From positions 99,572,001-99,636,000 of the forward strand of contig NC_043000.1 in the NCBI RefSeq assembly GCF_006345805.1: a stretch of DNA of 64,000 nucleotides, in the 5' to 3' direction. The notes under the pieces were generated by a model that was not told the DNA's origin, searched no databases, and was given only the letters and a program-made list of their open reading frames with translations. The translations under genes were made by a program, and so were the position numbers. The stretch comes from Octopus sinensis. Taxonomy: Eukaryota. Positions 12,418 through 29,134 of the stretch are shown one piece after another. Each line of letters opens with the position of its first letter. Position 1 is the stretch's first letter.

Positions 12418-13339
12418 TATCTATATATATATATATATATATAATATATATATATATGTTATATAATACATGCATATATTTATTCAAACATACAAATGTG
12501 TGTGTCTATCATCATCCATCTTCATTGTTTTGGCATCCACTTTTCCATGCAGACGGAATTCGTTGGGGATGATTTCCTGCGGCTGGATGCCCATTCTGTT
12601 GCTGACCCCATCTATTCCTAAGGATTGATATATTTTTCTATGAACAGACATGTTGTTATAGAAGACCACTTGTGAGATTGTGGCACTCATTCACAAGGAA
12701 CATGTCATATTAAGACAAATCAGTAACACACACATATATACATATATACATGTTTACATGCATGCATATATGTGTGTATGGTAGGCTTCTTTCAGTTTCT
12801 GTCTACCAAATCTATTTACAAGGCTTTGGTTTGCCCAGGGCTATAGTATAAGACACTTGTCCAAGTTGCCATGGAGTGGGACTGAAATCAAAACATGTAG
12901 TTGGAAAGCAACAACACAACCATGCATATGCCTTTACGTGTGCATGTATGTGTATATATGAATATATACATATGCATACACACACATGTGCACATATGTA
13001 TGTTTTAGATGTGTGGCTTACATGCAATATATACATGCATGCATAATGTTATATCAGTAATGTACAAATGATAAAATTACCTTATTGAGTCATGCTGAAC
13101 GACAAGGGCCAGTTTCCCAGTTTCCATGGCGTATAAATTCTCCACCTGGATAGGATGCCAGTCCATCACAGAATTACTCATTTTTGCCATCACAGAATTA
13201 CTCATTTTGAAGCAATGTGAAATGAATTGATTTGCTCAAACATATCACATCACCTGGTCCAGGAATCGAAACCACAATTTTATGATCCTGATTTCAACAC
13301 CCTAACCAGTAATCATGCAACTCCACTGTAATGTACACT

Positions 13340-13350
<11 letters not shown>
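11250..13350. repeat. tandem duplication, ~1.21 kb period
   Basis: About 870 bp of sequence at 11.25-12.12 kb recurs at 12.46-13.35 kb (offset 1214) and differs mostly by 1-bp indels. Confidence 0.9.
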
Positions 13351-16850
<3,500 letters not shown>

Positions 16851-16869
16851 TATGTATGTGTGTGTGTAT

Positions 16870-16903
<34 letters not shown>

Positions 16904-16948
16904 TGTTGTGTGTGTGTGTGTGGCGTATGCGTGCGTGCGTGTGTGCGT

Positions 16949-17249
16949 GGAGGCGCAATGGCCCAGTGGTTAGAGCAGTGGACTTGTTGTTGGAGGATTG
17001 TGGTTTCGATTCCCAGACCAGGTGTTGTGTGTGTGTTTATTGTGCGGAAACACCTAAAAGCTCCACGAAGCTCTGGCAGGGGGGTGGGTGGCGACCCCTG
17101 TTGTACTCTTTCGCCCCAACTTTCTCTCACTCTCTCTTCCGTTTCCTGAGTAACGCTGCGATGGACTGGCGTCCCGTCCAGCTGGGGGGGAACACATATG
17201 CCACAGAAACCGGGCCCATGAGCCTGGCTAGGCTGGGAAAGGGCGCATA
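16949..17249 (+). mobile_element. SINE family A
   Basis: GGAGGCGCAATGGCCCAGTGGTTAGAGCAG...GGTTTCGATTCCCAGACC head, with the same body and tail as 215-519. Confidence 0.85.
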
Positions 17250-17299
17250 AATAAAAAAAAAAATATGTGTGTGTGTGTGTATATATATATATATGTATG

Positions 17300-17335
<36 letters not shown>

Positions 17336-17344
17336 TGCACACAT

Positions 17345-17820
17345 ATGGAGGACAAATGCATAAAGAGGTGCTGAGGTCTAATTGTGGAGGGTACCTGTGG
17401 AAAGGGTAGATGGAGGATGAAGTGGTGAGAAATGATCTTCAAGCACTGGGCCTCACTGAGGAAATGACTAGGGATCGGGAGATGTGGCAATTTGCTGTAC
17501 CTGATAAGCCACATCAAGCTAAGTAAAATCACTGTGTTCCACACATACAGGCTTACCTTTTCATGTGCCGGTGCCATTTAAGGAGCACCCTTGCTGGTGC
17601 TGCATTAATATACCTGTACAGGTGCTGCATAAATGCACCCATGCTGGTGGAACGTAAAAAGCACCCAGCACACTCTGTTAAGTGGTTGGTGTTAGGAAGT
17701 GCATCCAGCTGTAGAAATCATGCCACAACAGAGAGCTGGAGTCTGGAGAGTTCCCTGCTAGCCAGCTCTGTCAAACCATCCAACCCATGCCAGCATTGAA
17801 AGTGGACATTAAATGATGAT
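17345..17820 (+). mobile_element. RTE-clade LINE 3' end (decayed)
   Basis: Homologous to 10130-10770 and 24311-25120 (GGGCCTCACTGAGGAAATGAC and the 3' UTR ending TTAAATGATGAT). Confidence 0.75.
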
Positions 17821-19490
17821 GGTCATGGTGTTTGTAAATATATATGCACACATTGTGTAATAGACAGATACCAAACATACTTTGCAACAACAAAACAGTT
17901 GTGTGTGTATACATCTCTAACATACCACAGTAATGACTTTAATACCTTGGTATGCTATTTCACCAGTATAATTTGGTACAGGAACAGTTTACTAACCTCT
18001 AAAACTACTGCTCATCTACATATTCTTTTACTTTCAGACATTTAAAATTACACAGGACGCATACAAACATTAACACCTGTACGGAATAAATGTGTGTATA
18101 TGTTTGTGTATATACATAAATGTATTTGTATGCAAAGACACTCTCTATCACACACACACATGTTCATATCATACTATGTGCCTTAATTTTTGAAAATGTA
18201 TGATTGACATTTTTACTGCATATATAGACAAATACATATTCTTTTGTTATAATATTCTTCTTAATAATCTTCTGAATAACCTTAAACTTTAACTTTATAC
18301 AATATAGCAATATTGTTTAAAATATTTAACTATAGTACTACATGATAAGATTTCCCCTCTTTCATTATCAATGGTCTGCTAGTGGCCAGGCCCCCTTAAT
18401 TGTCAGTTAACATCTTGATTTAAGATATCCTTTATCAAACCTCATGATATTGCTTCTAATAAATCTTGATAGTTTTTTTATGACTATACCCACTATGATT
18501 TCTTTCGACTCACTAAGCCCTATTCCTAATAGACACTGTTCCTTGTTCTTTGATATACAAAGATTTGATAAAACTAGTCTATAAATTAAAACTGACCCCA
18601 TAAAACAGTGACAAGCAAAATCTGTAACAAGTCTTTCTTCCTGATACCTTAGTAGCTTATAAGCTGAAGTGAAGGCAGCTTGTTCTTTGTCTATCTCCTT
18701 ACCTTCTTGGAGATTTTAGGCAAAATTATACTAATGTGTCCATCTGTTTTAATTTAATTAAATACTATGTCTTTATGCAGCTGAGGATTGCTCTGCATTT
18801 AAATTGATCAATTGGAGTTGCTTGAAACAATCATACTGCATTACCTCTGGACATCCTTGTTGCTTGTTTAATCACCTTATGCTTGCTTCATTAATCTACG
18901 AGGACTCTGATAACTCCAGTGTTTTTATATCTTTGTGTCTCATCAGGTAAAGCACCCCAGACTAACATCCAGTATCTCATTTTCTGATTTTTAAATGAAG
19001 CAATATAAAATAGAGATAAACCTAAAGTCTAGATATCTAGCATGATGGAATCCTGGTTTACATTCTTGAATAGGTTGTTCTTGTATTTAGAAACTGAAAG
19101 TAAAGGTTTGCTTTGGTGAAGAACTTTGATGAAAACCTTGTGTTTGTGTGTAGATGTGTGTTTGTCAATCATTTGACATTTTTTGTTTTTTTTGTATTCC
19201 TTCATTCCAACTGCTTTCAAATATTGATGGAAAGTCTTGGAAAGTAGGCAGCAATCTGTAAGAAAGAAATTTGGGTAGATGAAAGGGTGGATAGAAAGCA
19301 GCAAGGATAGATATTTGTTAAAGACCTTTTTTCTTTTTTTCTTCTTTTTTGTTAATAGGCCAATCTACTTTCATGAAAACCAAGCCAAATCCAATTGTTG
19401 CTGATTTCTTGACCTGCTTATAGGTAAGCAACCGACTTAAAATGAGTGGTTGTAGCCACCTACTATGGATGCTACATACCTATATGAATA

Positions 19491-19533
<43 letters not shown>

Positions 19534-19862
19534 ATGCTTGTGTATGTATGCATATCTGCGTCTGTGTGTTTTCCACCTCAAGGAGTACCACTCTAATCAA
19601 TATTTTTCAAGGAAATTGTTTTCAATCCCTGGCCAGTAATCTGTTGAAATAGGGACACATGATTCTCATTACAATGACTATATCAGTACAATGAAAGAAA
19701 ATTGAACCCTGAGCAGCTAAAATTTCTTGTAACAATAAAAAAAAAATGACTTGATTCCTCCATGTACATGTCATCCTTCTAAATGCTCATAACTTTAGTA
19801 ATAGTAAAATGCTGTCTCAAAATACTCCAAATAGCATACATATGTTATTCAAATATCAACAA

Positions 19863-20233
19863 AGGTGTAGGTGTGGCTGTGTGGTAAGAAGTTTGCTTAT
19901 CAACCACAGGATTCCAAGTTCAGTCCCACTGCATGGCACTTTGGGCAAATGTCTTCTACAATAACCTCGGGCTAATCAAAGCTTTGTGAGTGGATTTAGT
20001 AGATGGAAACTGAAAGAAGCCTGATGTATACATATGTGCGTGTATGTGTGTGTCTGTGTTTGTTCCTTACCACTGCATGACATTTGGTGTTGGTGTGTTT
20101 ACATCCCCATAACTTAGCAGTTTGGCAAAAGAGACCAGTAATATATAAGTACTAGGCTTGTACTGGGTTTGATTCATTTGATTTAAATTCTTTAAGACAG
20201 TGTCCCAGCATGGCTGCAGTCTAATGATTGAAA
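19863..20233 (+). mobile_element. SINE family B
   Basis: AGGTGTAGGTGTGGCTGTGTGGTAAG head and CCAGCATGGCTGCAGTCTAATGA tail. Confidence 0.85.
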
Positions 20234-20443
20234 AGAACCCCAAAAAAAACCAAAAAAAACCCCTAAAAACAATGAAATGGATGCATGATTTACAAACATC
20301 TCTCTCTTTATTTATTTGTTCTTAACTGTAATTTCAGAATGAATTAAGTATAGTATTTCTAAAACAACAATTCAAGATTTTTGTATTTGTTATTTTTGAT
20401 ATTCCATGTTCTATCTGCACTGCTATTGCATTTTATCACTCAC

Positions 20444-20468
20444 TGATTCTGTAAACCAGATGATATTT
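20444..20468 (-). CDS. candidate 25-nt micro-exon
   Basis: Minus strand reads TTTTATTGATTGTTATTGCAG|AAATATCATCTGGTTTACAGAATCA|GTGAGT, with a consensus donor. All three frames are open, so the phase is unknown. Confidence 0.25.
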
Positions 20469-20839
20469 CTGCAATAACAATCAATAAAATCAGACATTCA
20501 GACAATATAGAATAGCTATAACCCCCCCCCCCCCCCACCTCCCCCCAAAACCCCTAAAACATAAAGAAAATTATACGAATTTGTTTTCACTAGTTCAACT
20601 GATTCTTGAAACTTGGATACCTTTGCATATACATAGAAGGTAAATAGCACTGTTTGGTTTCTGTTTTGGGAAATTTCTATTTGGGAAGGGCATCCAATCA
20701 TGGAAACCATGCCAAAGTAGACAGTGGAGCTTGGTGCAGTCCTCTGCCCACCAGCTCTTGGCAAACTGTCCAACCCATGCCAGATTGACCCATTAGTATT
20801 TAAACTGGCCATATCTGGTCAATGTTATTCTACATTAAA

Positions 20840-21870
20840 TCATCATCATCGTTTAACATCTGCTTTCCATGCTAGCATGAGTTGGATGATTTGACTGAGG
20901 GCTGGCTGCACCAGGCTCCAATCTTGATCTGGCAGAGTTTCTACAGCTGGATACCCTTTCTGACACCAACCACTCTGAGAGTGTAGTGGGTGCTTTTACG
21001 TGCCACTGGCATGGGGGCCAGTCAGGCAGTACTGGCAATGACCTCACTCGAATCTTTTTACACATGCCACTGACACAGGTGCCAGTAAGGCGATGCTGTT
21101 AACGATCACGCTCGAATGGTGCCTTTTACGTGCCACCAGCATGGGAGCCAGTTGGCCACTCTGGCAACGATCATGCTCGGATGGTGCTCTTAGCACCCTA
21201 CTAGCACGGGGCTCAAGTGCCATATATCATTGAAATTTTAAGGATATGAGGTCATGCACGGTTAATTTAAAACAATGTGAATCAATAAGTATTATGTTTG
21301 ATAGAATAACCTGAACATCATCATCATTTAACGTCCGCTTGGGTTGGACGATTTGACTGAGGACTGGCGAACCAGATGGCTGCATCAGACTCCAATCTGA
21401 TCTGTTTCTAGAGTTTCTACAGTTGGATGCCCTTCCTAATGCCAACCACTTCGAGAGTGTAGTGGGTGCTTTTACGTGCCACTGACACAAGGGCCAGTCA
21501 GGTGGTACTGGCAATGGCCACGCGCAAATAGTGCTTTTTATGTGCCACCTGCACAGGAGCCAGTCCAGCGGCACTGGCAACAACCTCGCTTGAATGTTTT
21601 TTCATGTGCCACCAGCACAAGTGCCAGTAAGGTGACGCAGGTAACAATCACGCTCGAATATTGTTTTTTATGTGCCATCGGCTTGGAGGCCAACTTATTG
21701 CTCTGGCAACAATCACGCTCGTATGGTACTCTTAGTGCTCCACTAGCATGGATGCCAGTCATCGAATTTGATTTCGATTTTGATTTCACTTGCCTCAACA
21801 GGTCATCGCAAGCAGAGTTTAGTGTCCAATGAAGGAAAGGCATGCATAAAGGGTTAAATGATGATGATGA
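20840..21870 (-). mobile_element. two RTE 3'-UTR-derived repeats
   Basis: Each starts CATCATCATC(G/A)TTTAAC.., the reverse complement of the (GAT)n tail at 25.1 kb, and carries GTGCCACC-type subunits. Confidence 0.8.
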
Positions 21871-22059
21871 AAGTAAAGGGTACTTATTTGTTACTGTGGT
21901 AAATCTTGGAAAACAGCAAAGAAAGTGCAACTTTATTTGTTTTTCACGGACATTTTGAAATTCTGGTAGATTTTAGATAGAATAAAAAGACTCTGCATTA
22001 CAGATTTAACATCTCTCTCCATCGATGTCTGTGATTAAGGATCATCCTAAAATTGAAGA

Positions 22060-22770
22060 AAAACTGTAAAGGGCAAATTTTAATCTGTAACACGACTGCT
22101 TAAGTCTTGCCATGTCTAAAGATAGTGACAAAGTAGTTTTTGTTTGGTTTATAAACCAAAAGATTTATTCCAATTAGCAAGCCACTTTTCAAGAGAAATC
22201 TTCAGATACTGCAAAATTTGGAGGTTACTTGAATTTTCAGTTCAGAATCAGAATCAGACAGTTGAATCAATTTTGTGATTGATGCAGGATAACAGCGTGT
22301 TATCTGAGGTGGGTAGCTGGTGGGTAGTCAGGGGGAAGGAAAAAGTGCTGACAAAATGATTAAAGAAGTGGAATAAAAAGGAAATTATTTCTCATTTCTT
22401 CTTACAAAAAGAAGACATATTTAATATAGATGAAACTGCTGTTTTTTATCAGTTATATCATCATAGTAAAAAGGAAGAAAGAAGTCAAGATAATACCTAA
22501 CCTCTCGTGTTTGCTGCAACATGACTGAAACTGAGAAATTATGTCTCTTTGTTATTCTAAAGTCAAAAACTCTATGATGTGTGAAAAATGTAAATTATCT
22601 TCCAGTTTTAAATATGATACCAACAGAACAAGAGATTTATTTGCCACTTTGTTCGTTAAACTAGACAAGAAAATGGAAGTAAAATGGAGAATCTTGACAG
22701 TTGGTAGACATTGTTCTGCATTTAGTAAACAGCTTCATTTAGATAACATTCAGGTTGAGTCTCTTTCATG
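22060..22770 (+). pseudogene. pogo/Tigger-family (DDE_1) transposase remnant
   Basis: Fragments EDIFNIDETAVFYQ (22411-), CCNMTETEKLCLFVILKSK (22512-) and LDKKME..RIL...HCSA..LHLDNIQVE match pogo/Tigger motifs (DIFNxDETG, CCNxxGxEKL, DNCSAH). Multiple stops and frameshifts. Confidence 0.8.
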
Positions 22771-22947
22771 AAATTGTACTATTACAGTTTTAGAGCTGTT
22801 GGATCTAGAAATAATTTTTATTTTGAAAACCCATTACAAAAAGGTAGTGGAAAAAAAGGTAAAAACATTGTTGGAAAATTTATTTTTTATGTGGATAGTG
22901 TTGAGGAAATTCTCACAATTAATGTTAAACTAGTGATTGATATTATA

Positions 22948-23176
22948 TATTTCTTTACTACCCACAAGGGGCTAAACACAGAGGGGACAAACAAGGACAG
23001 ACAAACGGATTAAGTCGATTACATAGACCCCAGTGAACTGGTACTTAATTTATTGACCTCTAAAGGATGAAAGGCAAAGTCGACCTCGATGGAATTTGAG
23101 CTCACAACATAAAGGCAGACGAAATACAGCTACGCATTTCACCTGGCGTGCTAACGTTTCTGCCAGCTTGCCGCCT
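22948..23176 (-). mobile_element. SINE family C with 17-bp target-site duplication
   Basis: TAGTGATTGATATTATA at 22931-22947 and 23177-23193 flanks the element exactly. Confidence 0.92.
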
Positions 23177-23539
23177 TAGTGATTGATATTATAACAAATA
23201 GTATGGTGGACAGTGAAAAAATGAGGCAGTCATAAAATGTTGGTTAAAAACCTAGTTTTTACATATCTTCAGAAACAGTCCTCAGTGATGAAGGAATATA
23301 TTTTCAAGAAAACGAATGTGATGAAGAAATTCAACTGTGCAGAACTTTGTTTCTGTTTTAAAATATTTTCTACAAGCTGTATATTAGGAGATATTTATTA
23401 CTGTGGACATCACTTGTTAATATCATATGAAGTAAATGACTGTGATGTAGCTGAAAGAACTAAGAAATCAGAAAAGAATAAAAAAGAAAAGGAATAAACT
23501 GAAATTGGTATTTTGACTCGGGGTATAAAAAAAAATGGA

Positions 23540-23822
23540 AAGACGTTATCAGAAGCGTATTTTAGTTTTGGATACGATGAGATTTTGTTCCACCAGAGTT
23601 TGCAGGATGTCCTTGTTGAGCTCTACAGATCTTTCAGGATGGGGCTTGTCTTCTAGGCTGTAGTTTCTGGCTTGGAATTTCTGGAACTATCATTGAGACT
23701 GGCTTACACTTATTGCCTGATCCCCATATACTGCATTGATATTCCTTGCACTCTGTTGCATTATTACTTTTATTGAGCTCTTAAAGCGAAATATGCAGAA
23801 TGTGCTCCTTTGTCACTTCCAT
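23540..23822 (-). pseudogene. mariner transposase N-terminal (HTH) remnant
   Basis: Minus strand from ATG at 23822 reads MEVTKEHILHISL.. then, after a frameshift, SARNINAVYGDQAISVSQSQ**FQKFQARNYSLEDKPHPERSVELNKDILQTLVEQN, a mariner-type HTH region. Confidence 0.8.
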
Positions 23823-24258
23823 AACTTTGAAAAAATAACTGTTAAAATAGAACTGCACTCTTCAAAACTTGCACTAAGAATAAGGACAAGGTAAAATTAC
23901 CACCTGCTTTTATAGCAAGTTCATACAGGTAGTTTATCCCATTCCTCTCTGACTTTTAGTTCATGCAATTGAAAAAAAAAGACACATTATCAATGGGATA
24001 TATATATATATATATTGTATATCATCATCATCGTTTAATATCCACTTTCCATGCTAGCATGTGTTGGACAATTTGACTGAGGACTGGCAAACCAGATGGC
24101 TACATATATATATATCACACATATATTGGTATTGTATTGTATTGGCATCCTTTCTGTCTCGGGAGACAATGGAGTTGCGCATGAAGTAGTCTTGTGCGGC
24201 TTTTATATTTCATGTCCTCACACATATATATTGTACATATAATTGTATATATATATAT

Positions 24259-24310
<52 letters not shown>

Positions 24311-25120
24311 TATGGTCATGTGGCGAGAATGGATGAAGATAGGTGTGTGAAAAAGTGCCAATCCCTAGCAGTTGAGGGAACCCGTGGAAGAGGTAGACCC
24401 AGGAAAACCTGGGATGAGGTGGTGAAGCACGACCTTCAAACTTTAGGTCTCACTGAGGAAATGACCAGCGACCGAGACCTTTGGAAATATGCTGTACGTG
24501 AGAAGACCAGGCAGGACAAGTGAGTCCAGCCCACTTATGCATGCCTTTCCTCCCTTGGACACACAAAGACTTGTTGAGGCAAGCAAAGTCGATATCGAAC
24601 CTCATCCGACGACAGGCACCCATGCTTGCGAAGACCTGTTGGGGCAAGTGAAATCGAAATCGGAATTGGAATCGAAAATGAACCAATCCTATGACTGGCA
24701 CCTGGCAGATGCCAGGACCCCTGGACTGGTGGTACATAAAAAGCACTATCCGAATCGTGGCCGATGCCAGCGCCGCCTCTACTGGCTTCCGTGCCGGTGG
24801 CACGTAAAAAGCACCATCCGAATCGTGGCCGAAGCCAGTGCCACCTTGACTCACTTCCGTGCTGGTGGCACGTAAAATGCACCAATCCGACCGTGGCCAT
24901 TGCCAGCCTTGCCTGACACCTATGCGGGTGGCACGTAAAAAGCACCCACTACACTCACGGAGTGGTTGGTGTTAGGAAGAGCATCCAGCTGTAGAAACAT
25001 TGCCAGATAAGACTGGAGCCTGGTGCAGCCTTCTGGCTTCCCAGATCCCCGGTCGAACCCTCCAACCCATGCTAGCATGGAGAACGGACGTTAAACGATG
25101 ATGATGATGATGATGATGAT
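24311..25120 (+). mobile_element. young 5'-truncated RTE LINE (ORF C-terminus + 3' UTR)
   Basis: YGHVARMDEDRCVKKCQSLAVEGTRGRGRPRKTWDEVVKHDL...DRDLWKYAV is a typical RTE C-terminus and is open to the stop at 24523. The 3' UTR ends in (GAT)n. Confidence 0.9.
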
Positions 25121-25216
25121 TATATATATATATATACATACACACACATACAATTTGGTTTATGCATCAGATTGTTTGCACCTGGTTAAGGAAGTTATAA
25201 AAGTATTATTGCAAAA

Positions 25217-26000
25217 TTGAATAGGAACAGGCTTTACCTGAATGTGACGTCATTTGGTTTTGTGCCAAGAAGAGGTGCCATTGACACCATATTCCTAGTG
25301 TATGGATTTGTGCAGAATTTCATAGCTAATAACAAGCCTCTGTGTCCAGCTTTTGCTGAATTGGAGAATGTCTTTGACAGTATCCTTCACTCTTTCAGCT
25401 GATGGTATCTAGGGACGCTAGAGTTACTTGAATATTGTATAAGATGTATACAAACCTTGTACACTCATGCAATGTGCAAGGTGAACAACGTGTTTAGTGA
25501 GATATTTAGAATGCAAGTAGGCATCTGTCAAGCATTTATCCTCAGTCCTCTCTTGTTTGTTATAGTTCTCTTAGCTGTAACAGAGGTGTATAAGTCTGGT
25601 TGCTTGTGAGATGTCCAGTATACTGATGACACTGTCCTTTAGCAGAATCTGTGGAAGGTTTCGAGAACAAATTCTACACATGGTAACAAAAGCTGTAATT
25701 GAAGGGCTTTGAAATAAAATTAAACAAGAAATAATACAGATAGCAATACAGAAAATAAACCCAATCACACTGAATGCAGTGCCCCAACATGGCCTCATCC
25801 TCTGGCCAAAACCAGCAAAAGATAAAACATATGACTAACATTATGTGAACTAGGAAAGAAGATAGGAGTCTGCAATGATCAAGGTTTACCCTGTGTGCAG
25901 AAAAGACATTGGTAGAAAATCTATTACATATTTTCGGTATAAGGAATGGATTCACAAGAAGTGTAGGGACCACATGCAGGCTAATAGCAAAGGTAGGACA
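25217..26000 (+). pseudogene. old RTE reverse-transcriptase remnant
   Basis: FGFVPRRGAIDTIFLV...AFAELENVFDS and YPVCRKDIGRKSI....EWIHKKC match RTE RT motifs. Heavily disrupted. Confidence 0.75.
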
Positions 26001-26597
26001 GCCTTCATATGTATGTGTTTAACTACTACTTATATTGTAGCTGAGTCCTTGTAAGGACACAACTTAATAGTCATTAAACTATAATAAAGAAGACAGTTTA
26101 GTCCTAGATGCCACACTCAGAGGGGATGATCATGGTTGTAACATCTTTGTTCATAGTTCCCTCCAATGAAATTTGACATTCAGATATAACTAACAATCTC
26201 AACAGAATCTTGCGCAAAAATATTAATGAGTGGAAAATATGAAAGAATGATGGAAGCATTTCCTGGCTAATTATGCTGAACCACTCCAAAACATATTAAA
26301 GGAGTGCAAAAACACATGAAAGGAGTAACTTGTAGCATTTAATTTCAAAGAAATCTCATACAAAATACTCATTATCTGTCTATGGAAGTTTGGCTGTAAA
26401 AATTCTATGTCCTTTCTGATGTAAACAGAAATCTGTAGAATGTAGAACTCAGCATGGTATTTCCTTGACTTAGAACACTATGTTCAAGTCAGTTGCTTTA
26501 AAAGTACCATATATTGTGGCCAAAATAAATGAATGTATGTATGTGCATAAGTACATACATACGTACATATTTATGCCTGTATAGTTATATCTGTATG

Positions 26598-26630
<33 letters not shown>

Positions 26631-26654
26631 ATGTATATTTACGTATATGTGAGT

Positions 26655-26887
26655 TTGTTTAAATTCTTTTCCCTGTTTCAGTCTTTGACTGCAGCCATGC
26701 TGAAGCACCACCTTTAGTTGAATAAATCGACTCCAGGACTTATTCTTTGTAAGCCTAGTACTTATTCTATCAGTCCTTTTTGCTGAAGCATTACGTTATG
26801 GGGGGACATAAACACACCAACATCGGTTGTCAAGTTACGGTGGGAGGACAAACACAGGCACACAAACATGCACACACACATATATAC

Positions 26888-26939
<52 letters not shown>

Positions 26940-27100
26940 GACAGGTTTCCTTCAGTTTCCTTCTACCAAATCCACTCACAAGGCTTTGGTCGATCCGAGG
27001 CTATAGTAGAAGACACTTGCCCAAGGTGCCACGCAGTGGGACTGAACCCAGAACCATGTTGCTGGGAAGTAAGCTTCTTACTACATAGCCACTCCTGCAC
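26655..27100 (-). mobile_element. SINE family B
   Basis: Reverse complement of the 4241-4632 element. Confidence 0.88.
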
Positions 27101-28024
27101 CTACATATATATATTTATATACTTGTATGTCTTATATGAACTTACATCTATAATTATGATAATGACATATAATTGGCACTCTGTTGGTTACGATGACAAG
27201 GGTTCCAGTTGATCCAATCAACAGAACAGCCTGCTTGTGAAATTAATGTGCAAGTGGCTGAGCACTCCTCAGACACACATACCTTTAATGTAGTTCTTGG
27301 GGAGATTCAGCATGACACAGAATGTGACAAGGCCAGCTGTTTGAATTACAGATACAACTCATCTTTGCCAGCTGTGTGGGCTTGAGCAATGTGAAATAAA
27401 GTGTCTTGCTCAAGGACACTATCTTTCACTGGGAATTGAACTCATGACTGTACAACTGCGAATCATCTTTTTCATACTCTCTCTACTTCATCTTTCAGTT
27501 TACTATATTATCATTACATTCCGTTACTCTGCACTGTCACGCATCCCCTATCCATCCACTCCTCAGTCTTCACCCACTCATTCTTACCCATCATCTACCT
27601 TAACTGTTTACCCTAATACCTCACCGCTACTATCCACTTCCATCTGCTCACTCCTTTTTTAAAAATTACTCTCTTTTTGAAAATCACTTAGTCATGTAGC
27701 TTTTCTGCCCTGGCCCTTTTCTCTTATACATTATCCTTCTCTGTTCTTCATTTCCCTGTTGCTTCCTTAGTGGGTTTGTAGTCTTGCAAGCTGCATGGCA
27801 ACCTCACTAGTGCTAGTAACATGAAAATAAAAGCACAAAGATATTGGTATTAGCAAAGGCATCTGGTTGTAGACGCTAAAACCTCATGCAGTCCTCAGGC
27901 TCATCAGATCTTGTCAGACTATCCAACTCCTGGAGCATGAAACATGGACATGAATATGCATGTGAGTGTATAATATATATTTTACATTTACATATAAATA
28001 TTTTATATTTATATATACATAAGG

Positions 28025-28079
<55 letters not shown>

Positions 28080-28080
<1 letters not shown>

Positions 28081-29086
28081 CTAGCAGTATCGCCCGGCGT
28101 TGCTTGGGTTTGTAAGGGAAATAACTATATAAGCATTTTTAGAGAGTTACTTCCTTTATAGATGCCAATTCGGGCTTTCATAGCCATTTCTGTTTTGGTG
28201 TCTTCAATGTTTTGGTGTCGTTGTTCTAAAAGAACGCTGGTCTCCTTGACAACGCTTTACGACGTTGATTTCCTTAAACTCCCTTCCCCACAGCTTCACG
28301 AGGGAGGGAAGAAGGGGGAGAAGCAAACACAGGTGCAGGTGTTTGAGCGTGGACGCCAACTCCACCGCCATCGACACACGAAAAATTATGCATTAAAATG
28401 GAATAAAAAATGATGTTAAATTATTTTTAAAATCGTAGACTCATCGTAGATGCGCGCTAATAGCCAGACGGGCTCGATATGAATCACGACTATAAGATAC
28501 CCGCTTTTGGTTAAACTGCACCGCAAAATGTGGGAGGAGTTAGGAATCTAAATCGTAGGAGACAGACACTCACACAACTACAGTTTTATATATATACTAG
28601 CAGTATCGCCCGGCGTTGCTTGGGTTTGTAAGGGAAATAACTATATAAGCATTTTTAGAGAGTTACTTCCCTTATAAATTCGGGCTTTCTTAGCCATTTT
28701 TGTTTTGGTGTCTTCAAGCCATGAAGTCGTTGTTCTAAAAGAACGCTGGTTTCCTTCATAACGCATTACGATGTTGATTTCTTTACACTCCCTTCCCCAC
28801 AGCTTCACGAGGGAGGGAAGGGGGAGAAGCAAACAGGTGCAGCTGTGAGCGTGGACGCCAACTCCGCCGCCATCGACACACGATGCATTTTATGCATTAA
28901 AATGGAATAAAAAATGATGTTAAATTATTTTTAAAATCGTAGACTCATCGTTGACGCGCGCTAATAGTCAGATGGGCTCGATATGAATCACGACTATAAG
29001 ATACCCGAATTTGGTTAAATTGCACCGCAAAATGTGGGAGGAGTTAGGAATCTAAATTGAAGGGGACAGACACTCACACAACTAGA

Positions 29087-29095
<9 letters not shown>
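28080..29095 (+). mobile_element. tandem dimer of a ~516-bp Helitron-like non-autonomous element
   Basis: Units start ACTAGCAGTATCGCCCGGCGTTGCTTGGG at 28080 and 28596 and end CACTCACACAACTA(C/G)AGTTTTATATA. They sit in (TA)n with no TSD, and the ends resemble Lep1/HINE-type non-autonomous Helitrons. Confidence 0.65.

Positions 29096-29134
<39 letters not shown>

Noticed and set aside
18781-18946. 166-nt open plus-strand segment between AG and GTAAAG
   Set aside because: The peptide is not protein-like, and the region looks like an old minus-strand LINE remnant.
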